This document shows positions 36,740-47,851 of a stretch of 64,000 nt of DNA, one piece after another (position 1 is the first letter of the stretch; the number at the start of each line of letters is the position of its first letter). Position numbers and translations under genes: made by a program. The stretch lies in assembly GCF_058153355.1 (NCBI RefSeq), contig NZ_CM177019.1. One strand, 5' to 3'. The notes beneath the pieces are model-generated. The model saw only the letters and a list, made by a program, of their open reading frames with translations. It was not told where the DNA came from and ran no database searches.

Positions 36740-38161
36740 ATGATGAGCAAAATAAACCAAACGGATCTCGATCGGTTGATTGAACTGGTCGGCGGGCGCG
36801 GCAACATTGCGACGGTGAGCCACTGTATTACTCGCCTGCGCTTTGTCCTCAACCAACCGGCCAATGCCAGACCGAAAGAGATTGAGCAACTCCCCATGGT
36901 GAAAGGCTGTTTCACCAATGCCGGGCAATTTCAGGTGGTAATTGGCACCAACGTGGGTGATTACTATCAAGCGCTGATAGCGACGACCGGACAGGCGCAG
37001 GTTGATAAAGAGCAGGTGAAAAAAGCTGCCCGGCAGAATATGAAATGGCATGAGCAGTTGATCTCTCATTTCGCGGAGATCTTCTTCCCGCTGCTGCCCG
37101 CGTTGATTAGTGGTGGTTTGATCCTCGGTTTTCGCAATGTGATCGGTGATTTGCCCATGAGCAACGGTCAAACGCTGGCGCAAATGTACCCTTCCCTGCA
37201 AACGATCTACGATTTTCTATGGTTGATCGGTGAAGCGATCTTCTTCTACCTGCCGGTCGGAATTTGCTGGTCAGCGGTGAAAAAAATGGGCGGCACGCCG
37301 ATCCTCGGTATCGTGCTTGGCGTGACGCTGGTTTCCCCACAGTTGATGAACGCTTATCTGCTCGGGCAGCAGCTACCGGAAGTATGGAACTTTGGCATGT
37401 TCAGCATCGCCAAAGTGGGCTATCAGGCACAGGTTATTCCGGCACTGTTAGCCGGGCTGGCGCTGGGCGTGATAGAAACTCGCCTTAAGCGTATCGTGCC
37501 GGATTACCTCTATCTGGTGGTGGTGCCGGTCTGTTCGCTGATCCTCGCGGTGTTCCTCGCCCATGCGCTGATTGGTCCGTTTGGTCGCATGATTGGCGAT
37601 GGCGTTGCCTTTGCGGTGCGTCACCTGATGACCGGCAGCTTTGCCCCCATTGGTGCGGCATTGTTTGGCTTCCTTTATGCACCGCTGGTGATCACCGGCG
37701 TACACCAGACCACGCTTGCTATAGATTTGCAGATGATTCAAAGCATGGGTGGCACGCCAGTATGGCCGCTTATTGCGCTGTCGAATATCGCTCAGGGCTC
37801 CGCCGTGATAGGCATTATCATTTCCAGCCGCAAGAGCAATGAACGCGAGATCTCCGTACCTGCCGCTATCTCCGCCTGGCTTGGGGTCACTGAGCCTGCA
37901 ATGTACGGCATCAACCTGAAATATCGCTTCCCGATGCTGTGCGCGATGATTGGTTCTGGTCTGGCAGGATTGCTATGTGGTCTGAACGGCGTTATGGCGA
38001 ATGGCATCGGCGTAGGCGGCCTGCCGGGAATTCTCTCTATTCAACCGAGCTATTGGCAAGTGTTTGCGCTGGCAATGGCTATCGCCATCATCATCCCGAT
38101 TGTACTCACCTCATTTATCTACCAGCGGAAATACCGCCTGGGTACGCTGGACATTGTTTAA
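36740..38161 (+). CDS. treB: PTS trehalose-specific EIIBC component
   Basis: 473-aa ORF, MMSKINQTDLDRLIELVGGRGNIATVSHCITRLRF..., with the EIIB cysteine motif followed by a polytopic EIIC domain. Confidence 0.92.
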   Translation: MMSKINQTDLDRLIELVGGRGNIATVSHCITRLRFVLNQPANARPKEIEQLPMVKGCFTNAGQFQVVIGTNVGDYYQALIATTGQAQVDKEQVKKAARQNMKWHEQLISHFAEIFFPLLPALISGGLILGFRNVIGDLPMSNGQTLAQMYPSLQTIYDFLWLIGEAIFFYLPVGICWSAVKKMGGTPILGIVLGVTLVSPQLMNAYLLGQQLPEVWNFGMFSIAKVGYQAQVIPALLAGLALGVIETRLKRIVPDYLYLVVVPVCSLILAVFLAHALIGPFGRMIGDGVAFAVRHLMTGSFAPIGAALFGFLYAPLVITGVHQTTLAIDLQMIQSMGGTPVWPLIALSNIAQGSAVIGIIISSRKSNEREISVPAAISAWLGVTEPAMYGINLKYRFPMLCAMIGSGLAGLLCGLNGVMANGIGVGGLPGILSIQPSYWQVFALAMAIAIIIPIVLTSFIYQRKYRLGTLDIV

Positions 38162-38210
38162 TTTTCTTCGGGGCGCAATTGCGCCCCCTCGCATTTGCAG
38201 GAATAACGTA

Positions 38211-39866
38211 ATGACGAATCTTCCCCACTGGTGGCAAAACGGCGTTATCTACCAGATTTATCCCAAGAGTTTTCAGGACACCACGGGTAGCGGCACCGGT
38301 GATTTACGTGGCGTTATCCAACGCCTGGACTATCTGCATAAACTGGGCGTCGATGCTATCTGGCTAACCCCCTTTTATGTCTCTCCCCAGGTCGATAACG
38401 GATACGACGTAGCGAACTATACGGCGATAGATCCCACTTACGGTACGCTGGACGATTTTGACGAAATGGTGACGCAGGCGAAATCACGCGGCATTCGTAT
38501 CATTCTCGATATGGTGTTTAACCATACCTCTACCCAACATGCCTGGTTTCGCGAGGCGCTGAGCAAAGAAAGCCCTTACCGCCAGTTTTATATCTGGCGC
38601 GATGGTGAACCAGAAACGCCACCGAATAACTGGCGTTCAAAATTTGGCGGTAGTGCGTGGCGCTGGCATGCAGAAAGCGAACAGTACTATTTGCATCTCT
38701 TTGCACCAGAACAGGCGGATCTCAACTGGGAGAATCCGGCGGTACGCGCAGAACTGAAAAAAGTCTGTGAGTTCTGGGCCGATCGCGGGGTCGACGGGTT
38801 ACGCCTGGATGTAGTGAATTTGATCTCTAAAGATCCGCGTTTTCCTAATGACCTGGATGGCGACGGGCGTCGCTTCTACACCGACGGGCCACGAGCACAC
38901 GAGTTTTTGCACGAGATGAACCGCGATGTGTTTACGCCTCGCGGTTTAATGACCGTGGGTGAAATGTCCTCCACCAGCCTTGAGCATTGCCAGCGATACG
39001 CGGCACTAACAGGCAGTGAATTGTCGATGACCTTTAATTTTCATCACCTGAAGGTCGATTATCCCGGTGGTGAAAAATGGACGCTGGCTAAACCTGACTT
39101 TGTGGCGTTGAAAGCATTGTTCCGCCACTGGCAACAAGGAATGCACAACGTGGCATGGAATGCCTTGTTCTGGTGTAACCACGATCAGCCGCGCATTGTT
39201 TCTCGTTTTGGTGATGAAGGGGACTACCGCGAACCTGCGGCAAAAATGCTGGCGATGGTGCTGCATGGCATGCAGGGAACGCCATATATCTATCAGGGCG
39301 AAGAGATTGGCATGACTAATCCACATTTCACGCGCATTACTGACTATCGCGACGTGGAGAGCCTCAATATGTTTGCCGAACTGCGCAACGATGGGCGTGA
39401 CGCCGAGGAGTTATTGGCAATCCTCGCCAGTAAATCCCGTGACAATAGTCGCACGCCAATGCAATGGAGCAACGGCGATAATGCCGGGTTTACAACGGGT
39501 GAACCGTGGATTGGCCTGGGCGATAACTATCAAGAAATCAACGTAGAAGCTGCGCTGGCCGATGAGTTCTCAGTGTTTTACACCTACCAAAAGTTAATCG
39601 CACTGCGTAAGCAAGAAGCCGTCCTGACATGGGGCAATTACCAGGATCTGCTGCCAGACAGCCCTGTATTGTGGTGCTATCGCCGTGAATGGAAGGGGCA
39701 AACCTTGCTGGTCATTGCCAACCTTAGCCGTGAGATCCAACCCTGGCAGCCAGGGCAAATGCGCGGAAACTGGCAGCTTGTGATGCATAACTACGAAGAA
39801 GCCTCAGCACAACCCTGTGCCATGACTTTACGGCCTTTTGAGGCCGTCTGGTGGTTACAGAAGTAA
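38211..39866 (+). CDS. treC: Trehalose-6-phosphate hydrolase (GH13)
   Basis: 551-aa ORF, MTNLPHWWQNGVIYQIYPKSF..., with GH13 catalytic regions (GVDGLRLDVV, EMS). Confidence 0.92.
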   Translation: MTNLPHWWQNGVIYQIYPKSFQDTTGSGTGDLRGVIQRLDYLHKLGVDAIWLTPFYVSPQVDNGYDVANYTAIDPTYGTLDDFDEMVTQAKSRGIRIILDMVFNHTSTQHAWFREALSKESPYRQFYIWRDGEPETPPNNWRSKFGGSAWRWHAESEQYYLHLFAPEQADLNWENPAVRAELKKVCEFWADRGVDGLRLDVVNLISKDPRFPNDLDGDGRRFYTDGPRAHEFLHEMNRDVFTPRGLMTVGEMSSTSLEHCQRYAALTGSELSMTFNFHHLKVDYPGGEKWTLAKPDFVALKALFRHWQQGMHNVAWNALFWCNHDQPRIVSRFGDEGDYREPAAKMLAMVLHGMQGTPYIYQGEEIGMTNPHFTRITDYRDVESLNMFAELRNDGRDAEELLAILASKSRDNSRTPMQWSNGDNAGFTTGEPWIGLGDNYQEINVEAALADEFSVFYTYQKLIALRKQEAVLTWGNYQDLLPDSPVLWCYRREWKGQTLLVIANLSREIQPWQPGQMRGNWQLVMHNYEEASAQPCAMTLRPFEAVWWLQK

Positions 39867-40010
39867 GTATCCGCTAAGCCCCGGTAATACTGGTCATTCC
39901 GGGGTTTTGCCTTTCAGTATGTTGTTTTTGTTGATTTTATAATCAAAAAATTCATTAAAAAATTTACATAACGCTGTAGCGCCCGTCATCCGTACGCTCT
40001 GCTTTTTACT

Positions 40011-40100
40011 TTGAGCTACATCAAAAAAAGTTCAAACATCCTTGATGCAAAGCACTATATATAGACTTTAAAATGCGTCCCGACCCAATATGTTGTATTA
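40011..40100 (+). promoter_or_regulatory. nrdDG promoter region with FNR-like sites and NrdR-box-like palindromes
   Basis: TTGAGctacATCAA (40011-40024) fits the FNR consensus TTGAT-N4-ATCAA; cactatatatag and caatatgttgtat resemble NrdR boxes. Motif-level call only. Confidence 0.45.
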
Positions 40101-40259
40101 ATCGACTATAATTGCTACTACAACACCACACGAAAAAGGTGCGGCGTTGTGGATAAGCGGATGGCGATTGCGGAAAGCGCCGGAAAACGAAACGAAAAAA
40201 CCGGAAAACACCTTTCCCAATTTCTGTGGATAACCTGTTCTTAAAAATATGGAGCGATC

Positions 40260-42398
40260 ATGACACCGCATGTGATGAAACGAGACGGCTGCAAAGTGCC
40301 GTTTAAATCAGAGCGCATCAAAGAAGCGATTCTGCGTGCAGCTAAAGCAGCGGAAGTCGATGATGCAGATTATTGCGCCACTGTTGCCGCGGTTGTCAGC
40401 GAGCAGATGCAGGGCCGCAGCCAGGTGGATATCAACGAGATCCAGACCGCCGTTGAAAACCAGCTTATGTCGGGTCCATACAAACAACTGGCTCGTGCTT
40501 ACATCGAGTACCGTCACGATCGCGACATTGAACGTGAAAAACGCGGTCGCCTGAATCAGGAGATCCGTGGTCTGGTCGAGCAGACCAACGCCTCGTTGCT
40601 CAACGAAAACGCCAACAAAGACAGCAAGGTGATTCCAACCCAGCGCGACCTGCTGGCCGGGATTGTGGCTAAACACTATGCACGTCAGCACCTGCTGCCG
40701 CGTGACGTGGTGCAGGCGCATGAGCGTGGCGATATTCACTATCACGATCTCGATTACTCGCCGTTCTTCCCGATGTTCAACTGCATGTTGATCGACCTGA
40801 AAGGTATGCTGACCCAAGGCTTTAAGATGGGTAACGCCGAGATTGAACCACCGAAGTCGATCTCTACGGCAACCGCGGTAACAGCGCAGATTATTGCTCA
40901 GGTCGCCAGTCATATTTATGGCGGCACCACCATTAACCGTATCGATGAAGTGCTGGCACCGTTTGTCACCGCCAGCTACAACAAACACCGCAAGACCGCA
41001 GAAGAGTGGAACATCCCGGACGCCGAAGGTTACGCTAACTCTCGTACCATCAAAGAGTGCTACGATGCCTTCCAGTCGCTGGAGTACGAAGTAAACACCC
41101 TGCACACCGCCAACGGTCAAACACCGTTTGTGACCTTTGGTTTTGGTCTGGGCACCAGCTGGGAGTCGCGCCTGATTCAGGAGTCTATCCTGCGTAACCG
41201 TATCGCGGGCCTCGGTAAAAACCGCAAAACTGCGGTGTTCCCGAAACTGGTGTTTGCGATTCGCGATGGCCTGAACCATAAAAAAGGCGATCCGAACTAC
41301 GACATCAAACAGCTGGCGCTGGAGTGCGCAAGCAAGCGCATGTATCCGGATATCCTGAACTACGATCAGGTAGTGAAAGTCACCGGTTCGTTTAAAACCC
41401 CGATGGGCTGCCGTAGCTTCCTCGGCGTGTGGGAAAATGAAAACGGCGAACAGATCCACGATGGTCGTAACAACCTCGGCGTGATCAGCCTGAACCTGCC
41501 GCGCATTGCTCTGGAAGCGAAAGGCGATGAAGCCACCTTCTGGAAGCTGCTGGATGAACGTCTGGTGCTGGCACGTAAGGCGCTGATGACCCGTATCGCT
41601 CGTCTCGAAGGCGTTAAAGCGCACGTGGCCCCGATCCTCTATATGGAAGGTGCTTGTGGCGTTCGTCTGAATGCTGACGACGACGTTTCTGAAATCTTCA
41701 AAAACGGTCGTGCGTCTATTTCGCTGGGTTACATCGGCATCCACGAAACCATTAACGCGCTGTTTGGCGGCGAGCATGTGTATGACAACGAGCAGCTGCG
41801 CGCGAAAGGTATCGCCATTGTTGAACGTCTGCGTCAGGCGGTGGATCAGTGGAAAGAAGAAACGGGTTACGGTTTTAGCCTTTACAGCACGCCAAGTGAA
41901 AACCTGTGCGACCGCTTCTGCCGTCTCGATACCGCGGAGTTTGGCGTGGTGCCGGGCGTGACTGATAAAGGTTACTACACCAACAGTTTCCACCTCGATG
42001 TCGAGAAGAAGGTGAACCCGTACGACAAGATCGACTTTGAAGCGCCTTACCCGCCGCTGGCGAACGGTGGCTTCATTTGCTACGGCGAATATCCAAACAT
42101 TCAGCACAACCTGAAGGCGCTGGAAGATGTCTGGGATTACAGCTATCAGCATGTACCGTATTACGGCACCAATACGCCGATTGATGAGTGTTACGAGTGT
42201 GGTTTTACCGGTGAGTTTGAGTGCACCAGTAAAGGCTTCACCTGCCCGAAATGCGGTAACCATGACGCCTCCCGTGTGTCGGTGACTCGCCGCGTGTGCG
42301 GATATTTAGGTAGCCCGGATGCGCGTCCGTTTAACGCTGGTAAGCAGGAAGAAGTTAAGCGCCGCGTTAAACATTTGGGAAATGGGCAGATCGGTTAA
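40260..42398 (+). CDS. nrdD: Anaerobic ribonucleoside-triphosphate reductase
   Basis: 712-aa ORF with the C-terminal glycyl-radical region and zinc-ribbon cysteines (CYECGFTGEFECTSKGFTCPKCGN). The 651-aa antisense ORF 40308..42263 is a shadow of it. Confidence 0.95.
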   Translation: MTPHVMKRDGCKVPFKSERIKEAILRAAKAAEVDDADYCATVAAVVSEQMQGRSQVDINEIQTAVENQLMSGPYKQLARAYIEYRHDRDIEREKRGRLNQEIRGLVEQTNASLLNENANKDSKVIPTQRDLLAGIVAKHYARQHLLPRDVVQAHERGDIHYHDLDYSPFFPMFNCMLIDLKGMLTQGFKMGNAEIEPPKSISTATAVTAQIIAQVASHIYGGTTINRIDEVLAPFVTASYNKHRKTAEEWNIPDAEGYANSRTIKECYDAFQSLEYEVNTLHTANGQTPFVTFGFGLGTSWESRLIQESILRNRIAGLGKNRKTAVFPKLVFAIRDGLNHKKGDPNYDIKQLALECASKRMYPDILNYDQVVKVTGSFKTPMGCRSFLGVWENENGEQIHDGRNNLGVISLNLPRIALEAKGDEATFWKLLDERLVLARKALMTRIARLEGVKAHVAPILYMEGACGVRLNADDDVSEIFKNGRASISLGYIGIHETINALFGGEHVYDNEQLRAKGIAIVERLRQAVDQWKEETGYGFSLYSTPSENLCDRFCRLDTAEFGVVPGVTDKGYYTNSFHLDVEKKVNPYDKIDFEAPYPPLANGGFICYGEYPNIQHNLKALEDVWDYSYQHVPYYGTNTPIDECYECGFTGEFECTSKGFTCPKCGNHDASRVSVTRRVCGYLGSPDARPFNAGKQEEVKRRVKHLGNGQIG

Positions 42399-42420
42399 TC
42401 TTCACTCTGCGCTAAGCAAA

Positions 42421-42504
<84 letters not shown>

Positions 42505-42532
42505 CACGCGGACTGATAAGCCAGGCGAAATA

Positions 42533-42997
42533 ATGAATTATCATCAGTACTATCCTGTCGACATCGTCAACGGCCCCGGCACTCGCTGCACCCTGTTTGT
42601 CTCCGGGTGTGTTCATGAATGCCCCGGTTGCTATAACAAAAGCACCTGGCGGGTAAATTCCGGTCAGCCATTTACCAAAGCAATGGAAGACCAGATCATT
42701 AACGATCTGAATGACACCCGCATCAAACGCCAGGGTATTTCCCTCTCCGGCGGCGATCCGCTGCATCCGCAAAACGTGCCGGATATTCTAAAACTGGTAC
42801 AACGCATCCACGCCGAATGTCCGGGTAAAGACATCTGGGTGTGGACAGGCTATAAACTCGACGAACTCAACGCTGCGCAAATGCAGGTTGTTGATTTGAT
42901 TAACGTGCTGGTCGACGGCAAATTTATGCAGGATCTAAAAGACCCTTCCCTGATCTGGCGCGGCAGCAGCAATCAGGTGGTGCATCATTTGCGTTAG
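42533..42997 (+). CDS. nrdG: Anaerobic ribonucleotide reductase activating protein (radical SAM)
   Basis: 154-aa ORF, MNYHQYYPVDIVNGPGTRCTLFVSGCVHECPGCYN..., with radical-SAM cysteines. Confidence 0.92.
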   Translation: MNYHQYYPVDIVNGPGTRCTLFVSGCVHECPGCYNKSTWRVNSGQPFTKAMEDQIINDLNDTRIKRQGISLSGGDPLHPQNVPDILKLVQRIHAECPGKDIWVWTGYKLDELNAAQMQVVDLINVLVDGKFMQDLKDPSLIWRGSSNQVVHHLR

Positions 42998-43288
42998 TCA
43001 CTCATCCAGCCGTTTTGTCGCGTCTTCATAAACGGCTGAGTTCTCTCTCTTACCAATAGCTATCACCAACACGAGTAACTCTTTATCATTGACCTGATAG
43101 ACCAGGCGATATCCCAGTGTGCGAAGCTTAATTTTGTAGCAGTCCGGCAAATCCCGTAGTTTAGCCGATGGATTGCGCGGCCTTTTCAGCACATCCCCAA
43201 GCTTTTTTTTAAATTGTTCCCGGACTTTCACGCCCAGTTTTTGCCACTCCTTCAGCGCCCGCGGATCAAAAGCCAGTTCATAGTTCAT
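42998..43288 (-). CDS. relE: RelE/ParE-family mRNA interferase toxin
   Basis: 96-aa ORF from MNYELAFDPRALKEWQKLGVKVREQFKKKL... ending ...GKRENSAVYEDATKRL; by recollection close to E. coli RelE. Its start overlaps the antitoxin stop by 11 nt, and its stop codon abuts the nrdG stop codon. Confidence 0.85.
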   Translation of the reverse strand: MNYELAFDPRALKEWQKLGVKVREQFKKKLGDVLKRPRNPSAKLRDLPDCYKIKLRTLGYRLVYQVNDKELLVLVIAIGKRENSAVYEDATKRLDE

Positions 43289-43520
43289 CCAGTCGGACCT
43301 TAATGGCCTCCTGTGGGTTGGCCAGTCGTTCCCTGACAGTGCGTAACAAGGCTTCTTCACTATCACTGACAGTGAGCGTTTTTACCGGCATTCGTCCATT
43401 TTCCGCAACGTACTGAAACAGCAGCCGCACTGCTTCAGTAGGCGTGATATTTAATTTTTCCAGCACCGCATAAGCCTCATTTTTCAGTTTGTCATCCAGG
43501 CGGACGTTAAGTGTGGCCAT
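43278..43520 (-). CDS. relB: RelB/DinJ-family antitoxin
   Basis: 80-aa ORF, MATLNVRLDDKLKNEAYAVLEKLNITPTEAVRLLFQYVAENGRMPV..., resembling RelB (ribbon-helix-helix N-terminus), upstream of and overlapping the toxin gene. Confidence 0.85.
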   Translation of the reverse strand: MATLNVRLDDKLKNEAYAVLEKLNITPTEAVRLLFQYVAENGRMPVKTLTVSDSEEALLRTVRERLANPQEAIKVRLDEL

Positions 43521-43545
43521 TATGCCTCCGGTAATTATGAAAAGT

Positions 43546-43578
43546 GTAATGCATTATAGCATTACATATGCATTACAT
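43546..43578 (-). promoter_or_regulatory. Putative relBE-like operator: three repeats of TGCATTA(CA) with embedded palindrome TAATGCATTA upstream of the antitoxin gene
   Basis: gtaatgcattatagcattacatatgcattaca lies 25-60 bp upstream of the antitoxin start; repeats seen directly. Confidence 0.55.
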
Positions 43579-43678
43579 TCATTTCTGGAAAACGCCTCGC
43601 AAAAATGAGGACGACACGCAGGAATATGCCGTAGTGAAGATAGATATTGCGGTGATTTTACGAAGGGGAAGAAAGCGT

Positions 43679-43706
43679 TGGGCGGTAACGTTTCACCGCC
43701 CAATAA
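43679..43706 (-). terminator. Putative cybC terminator hairpin
   Basis: ttgggcgg-N-ccgcccaa inverted repeat immediately downstream of the cybC stop. No strong T run, so this is weak. Confidence 0.35.
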
Positions 43707-43710
43707 GGAA

Positions 43711-44100
<390 letters not shown>

Positions 44101-44149
44101 TCACTTCCTTTTTCTTATTAAGATTTGGCGCGGCAGGTCGCGCCTTTTT

Positions 44150-45502
44150 TTACTGCCCGGCGATTTTCATCTCCGGCAACAGCACAGAACCACACTGTAT
44201 ATTGCTGCGTGTTTCAATATCGTTACCGACGGTGACAATATTGCGCCACATATCTTTTAAATTACCTGCGATGGTGATTTCGCTAACCGGATACTGAATT
44301 TCGCCATTCTCTACCCAGAAGCCTGCAGCACCACGGGAATAATCACCGGTAATGGCACTCACGCCCTGGCCCATCAGCTCCGTCACCACCAGCCCGGTGC
44401 CCATCTCTTTGAGCATTTGTTCGAAGCTTAGCCCTTGCCCGGCAATCCGCCAGTTGTGAATACCGCCCGCATGTCCGGTGCTTTTCAGCCCCAGTTTCCG
44501 CGCCGAATAGCTGGTCAGCAGCCACTGAGTCAGGATACCATCTTTGACGATATCGCGGCGCTCGGTGCGCACACCTTCGCTGTCGAATGGTGTAGATGCC
44601 AGTCCTTTCAGCAGATGCGGATGCTCTTCAATGGTCAGCCAATCCGGCAGAATTTGTTTACCCAGCGAATCCAGCAGGAAGGTGGATTTACGGTAAACCG
44701 ATCCACCCGCTATCGCCCCCACCAGATGGCCAAAAAGTCCGGTTGCCACTTCATTGGCAAAAATTACCGGCGCTTTCATGGTGGAAAGTTTACGCGGTGA
44801 CAGGCGCGATAAAGTACGGCGAGCACAGTCGGCCCCGACCCACTCTGGCGTCTGCAGATCGCTCATCGCGCGACCAATGGTGTAGGCGTAATCACGCTCC
44901 ATATCGCCATTTTCTTCGGCAATTACGCAGCTTGAGAGTGAATGACGCGTTGAGCAATAACCCTGCAACATGCCGTGGCTGTTGCCAAAAACTTTGACAC
45001 CGTAGTGGCTGTTAAAACTGCCGCCTTCGGTATTGGTGATGCGTTTATCCGCCTGTAATGCTGCCTGTTCTGCGCGAGCCGCCAGTTCAATAGCTTCATC
45101 CGGGGAAACTTCCGCAGGGTGAAACAAGTCGAGATCCGGCGCGTCAAAGGCCAGCAGCTCTTTGTCTGCCACGCCGGCACAGGGATCTGGCGAAGTGTAA
45201 CGAGCAATATCCAGCGCTGCCTGTACGGTGCGGGCAATGGCCTGCGGGCTTAAATCGGTAGACGATGCGCTACCTTTACGGTTCTGGTGATAAACAGTGA
45301 TCCCCAGCGCGCCATCGCTATTGAATTCGACATTCTCCACTTCGCCATATCGCGTGCTAACGCTAATGCCGGTGGTCTTGCTGACGGCAACTTCCGCACC
45401 GTCCGATTTGCCTGAGGCCAACTCCAGCGCAGTGGAAACTGCTTCTTCCAGAATCTTGCGCTGCGCTTCAACTTGAGAGATTACTTTCATTGCAAGTGCC
45501 AT
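44150..45502 (-). CDS. pmbA: Metalloprotease PmbA (TldE)
   Basis: 450-aa [35 protein letters not shown].... Confidence 0.92.
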   Translation of the reverse strand: MALAMKVISQVEAQRKILEEAVSTALELASGKSDGAEVAVSKTTGISVSTRYGEVENVEFNSDGALGITVYHQNRKGSASSTDLSPQAIARTVQAALDIARYTSPDPCAGVADKELLAFDAPDLDLFHPAEVSPDEAIELAARAEQAALQADKRITNTEGGSFNSHYGVKVFGNSHGMLQGYCSTRHSLSSCVIAEENGDMERDYAYTIGRAMSDLQTPEWVGADCARRTLSRLSPRKLSTMKAPVIFANEVATGLFGHLVGAIAGGSVYRKSTFLLDSLGKQILPDWLTIEEHPHLLKGLASTPFDSEGVRTERRDIVKDGILTQWLLTSYSARKLGLKSTGHAGGIHNWRIAGQGLSFEQMLKEMGTGLVVTELMGQGVSAITGDYSRGAAGFWVENGEIQYPVSEITIAGNLKDMWRNIVTVGNDIETRSNIQCGSVLLPEMKIAGQ

Positions 45503-45595
45503 AATGTAGAGAGTTTCTCTGAAGTCTAACAGAGAACCGTTTTTCAGTGCGCATCTTAACTGGTAACATTAGCCTCTTTTTTTAAGGAGCCTGAG

Positions 45596-46147
45596 ATGAC
45601 TAAGCAGCCCGAAGACTGGCTCGACGACGTTCCCGGTGATGACATCGAAGACGAAGACGATGAAATTATCTGGGTCAGTAAAAGTGAAATTAAACGCGAT
45701 GCCGAGGAGCTAAAACGCCTTGGCGCAGAAATTGTTGATCTGGGGAAAAACGCGCTGGATAAGATCCCGTTAGACGCGGATCTGCGCGCGGCTATTGAGC
45801 TCGCCCAGCGTATTAAGATGGAAGGTCGCCGCCGCCAGTTGCAGCTCATCGGTAAGATGCTGCGCCAGCGCGACGTAGAACCGATCCGTCAGGCGCTGGA
45901 TAAGCTGAAAAATCGCCACAACCAGCAGGTGGTGTTGTTCCATAAACTGGAAAACCTGCGCGATCGTCTGATCGACCAGGGTGATGACGCCATTGCTGAA
46001 GTATTAAATCTGTGGCCCGATGCCGATCGTCAGCAACTGCGTACTCTGATCCGCAACGCGAAGAAAGAGAAAGAAGGGAATAAGCCGCCGAAATCCGCGC
46101 GCCAGATTTTCCAGTATCTGCGTGAGTTAGCGGAAAACGAAGGGTAA
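45596..46147 (+). CDS. yjgA: Ribosome-associated protein YjgA/DarP (DUF615)
   Basis: 183-aa ORF with an acidic N-terminus, [43 protein letters not shown].... Confidence 0.88.
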
Positions 46148-46174
46148 TTTTCGTTGTTGATGTGAGTATGGTTT

Positions 46175-46276
46175 GCCGGATGCGGTGCACCTGTAGGCCT
46201 GATAAGACGCATCAAGCGTCGCATCAGGCACTATGCTCAAATGCCGGATGCGGCGTGAACGCCTTATCCGGCCTAC
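46175..46276. repeat. Cluster of REP/BIME elements between yjgA and mpl
   Basis: gccggatgcggtgcacctgtaggcctgataagacgcatcaagcgtcgcatcaggc ... gccggatgcggcgtgaacgccttatccggcctac. Confidence 0.75.
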
Positions 46277-46302
46277 ACACACTATATCAGGCTGAGGCCG
46301 AA

Positions 46303-47676
46303 TTACTGCGCGGCTTCCGCTTTTTTCGCCAGACCATCCAGCAGTTTCTGATGAATACCACCAAAACCGCCGTTGCTCATCACCAGAATATGGTCGCCAG
46401 GCTGAGCGGTTTTCACCACCATATCTGCCAGCGTATCCACATCGCCACTCCAGTGTGCAGGCTGAACGCAGGCTTCTGCCACTTCTGCGACCTGCCACGG
46501 AATATGCGCCGGTTGCAGCAGGAAGACTTCATCGGCACGACCTAATGAAGGTGCCAAATCGTCTTTGCAGATCCCCATTTTCATGGTGTTTGAGCGCGGT
46601 TCCAGCACGGCAATAATGCGCGCCGTACCGCCAACTTTGCCGCGCAGCGCAGCCAGCGTTGCCAGAATCGCCGTCGGGTGATGGGCAAAATCGTCATACA
46701 CCGTCACGCCATTTGCTTCTCCGCGCAACTCCAGACGACGACGAGCGTTAATAAACGAACCCAGCGCGTTAGCAGCATCTGCCGGCGCTACGCCAACATG
46801 ACGGGCCGCCGCAATCGCCATCAGGCCGTTGTGCATATTATGTTCGCCCACCAGCGACCATTTCACTTCGCCCACTTTTTCGCCATCCAGCAAGACTTCC
46901 CATTCGGAAGCGTCAGTGGTCAGCTTTTTCGCCTGCCAGTGCCCCTGCTCGCCCACCAGCTCCTGCTCGCTCCAGCAGCCCATCGCCATGGTCTGTTTCA
47001 GGTTGATGTCGTTTTCAGGCCAGATAATACGCCCCTGCCCCGGAACGATACGCACCAGATGGTGGAACTGTTTCTGGATCGCTTTCAGGTCGTCAAAGAT
47101 ATCGGCATGATCGAACTCAAGGTTGTTGAGGATCAGCGTACGCGGGCAGTAATGGACAAATTTAGAGCGTTTGTCGAAGAAGGCGCAGTCATACTCATCC
47201 GCTTCGATAACAAAGAAGTCGCTTTCGCCTAAACGTGCCGAAACGTCAAAGTTCCCCGGAACACCGCCGATCACAAAACCCGGTTTATAGCCACACTGTT
47301 CCAGAATCCAGGTCGCCATTCCCGCGGTGGTGGTTTTGCCGTGTGTACCGGCAACGGCCAATACCCAGCGGTCACGCAGCACAAAATCGTGCAGCCACTG
47401 CGGGCCAGACATATAAGGGATGTTTTTTTCCAGTACCGCTTCCACACACGGATTTCCACGGGTCATGGCGTTGCCAATAATCACCAGATCCGGCTGCGGG
47501 TCGAGCTGGCTGGCATCGTAACCCTGAATCAGTTCAATGCCTTGCTTCTCAAGTAAGGTGCTCATCGGCGGATACACATTGGCGTCCGAACCCGTTACTT
47601 CATGGCCTAACTGGCGCGCCAGCATCGCCAGACCGCCCATAAATGTGCCACAAATTCCTAAAATATGAATGCGCAT
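46303..47676 (-). CDS. mpl: UDP-N-acetylmuramate:L-alanyl-gamma-D-glutamyl-meso-diaminopimelate ligase (murein peptide ligase)
   Basis: 457-aa ORF with the Mur-ligase P-loop GTHGKTTT. Confidence 0.92.
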   Translation of the reverse strand: MRIHILGICGTFMGGLAMLARQLGHEVTGSDANVYPPMSTLLEKQGIELIQGYDASQLDPQPDLVIIGNAMTRGNPCVEAVLEKNIPYMSGPQWLHDFVLRDRWVLAVAGTHGKTTTAGMATWILEQCGYKPGFVIGGVPGNFDVSARLGESDFFVIEADEYDCAFFDKRSKFVHYCPRTLILNNLEFDHADIFDDLKAIQKQFHHLVRIVPGQGRIIWPENDINLKQTMAMGCWSEQELVGEQGHWQAKKLTTDASEWEVLLDGEKVGEVKWSLVGEHNMHNGLMAIAAARHVGVAPADAANALGSFINARRRLELRGEANGVTVYDDFAHHPTAILATLAALRGKVGGTARIIAVLEPRSNTMKMGICKDDLAPSLGRADEVFLLQPAHIPWQVAEVAEACVQPAHWSGDVDTLADMVVKTAQPGDHILVMSNGGFGGIHQKLLDGLAKKAEAAQ

Positions 47677-47851
47677 ACGTCACTATCCTTTTTTAATCTG
47701 CCGCTCATTTTACGCATATGTCGGGCAAGTGAGAAACGCATTTCAGGATAATCCGTAATTTGCTGGCGCGATTCACCTGAGCGCAACATTGAGATTATTT
47801 GTTAAGATTGTTGCGGTCGCTTTACTCCATAAACATTGCAGGGAAAGTTTT

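Noticed and set aside
35614-39866. N-terminally extended ORF starts for treR (35614), treB (36641) and treC (38064); likewise fbp (47789), msrA (61260), ridA (30657), nrdG (42488), bdcA (27511)
   Set aside because: The extensions overlap upstream genes or lack an RBS. Starts were trimmed to internal ATG/GTG codons matching known N-termini and preceded by Shine-Dalgarno sequences.
40308-42263. 651-aa minus-strand ORF antisense to nrdD
   Set aside because: Shadow ORF of nrdD, which carries the recognisable glycyl-radical and zinc-ribbon motifs.
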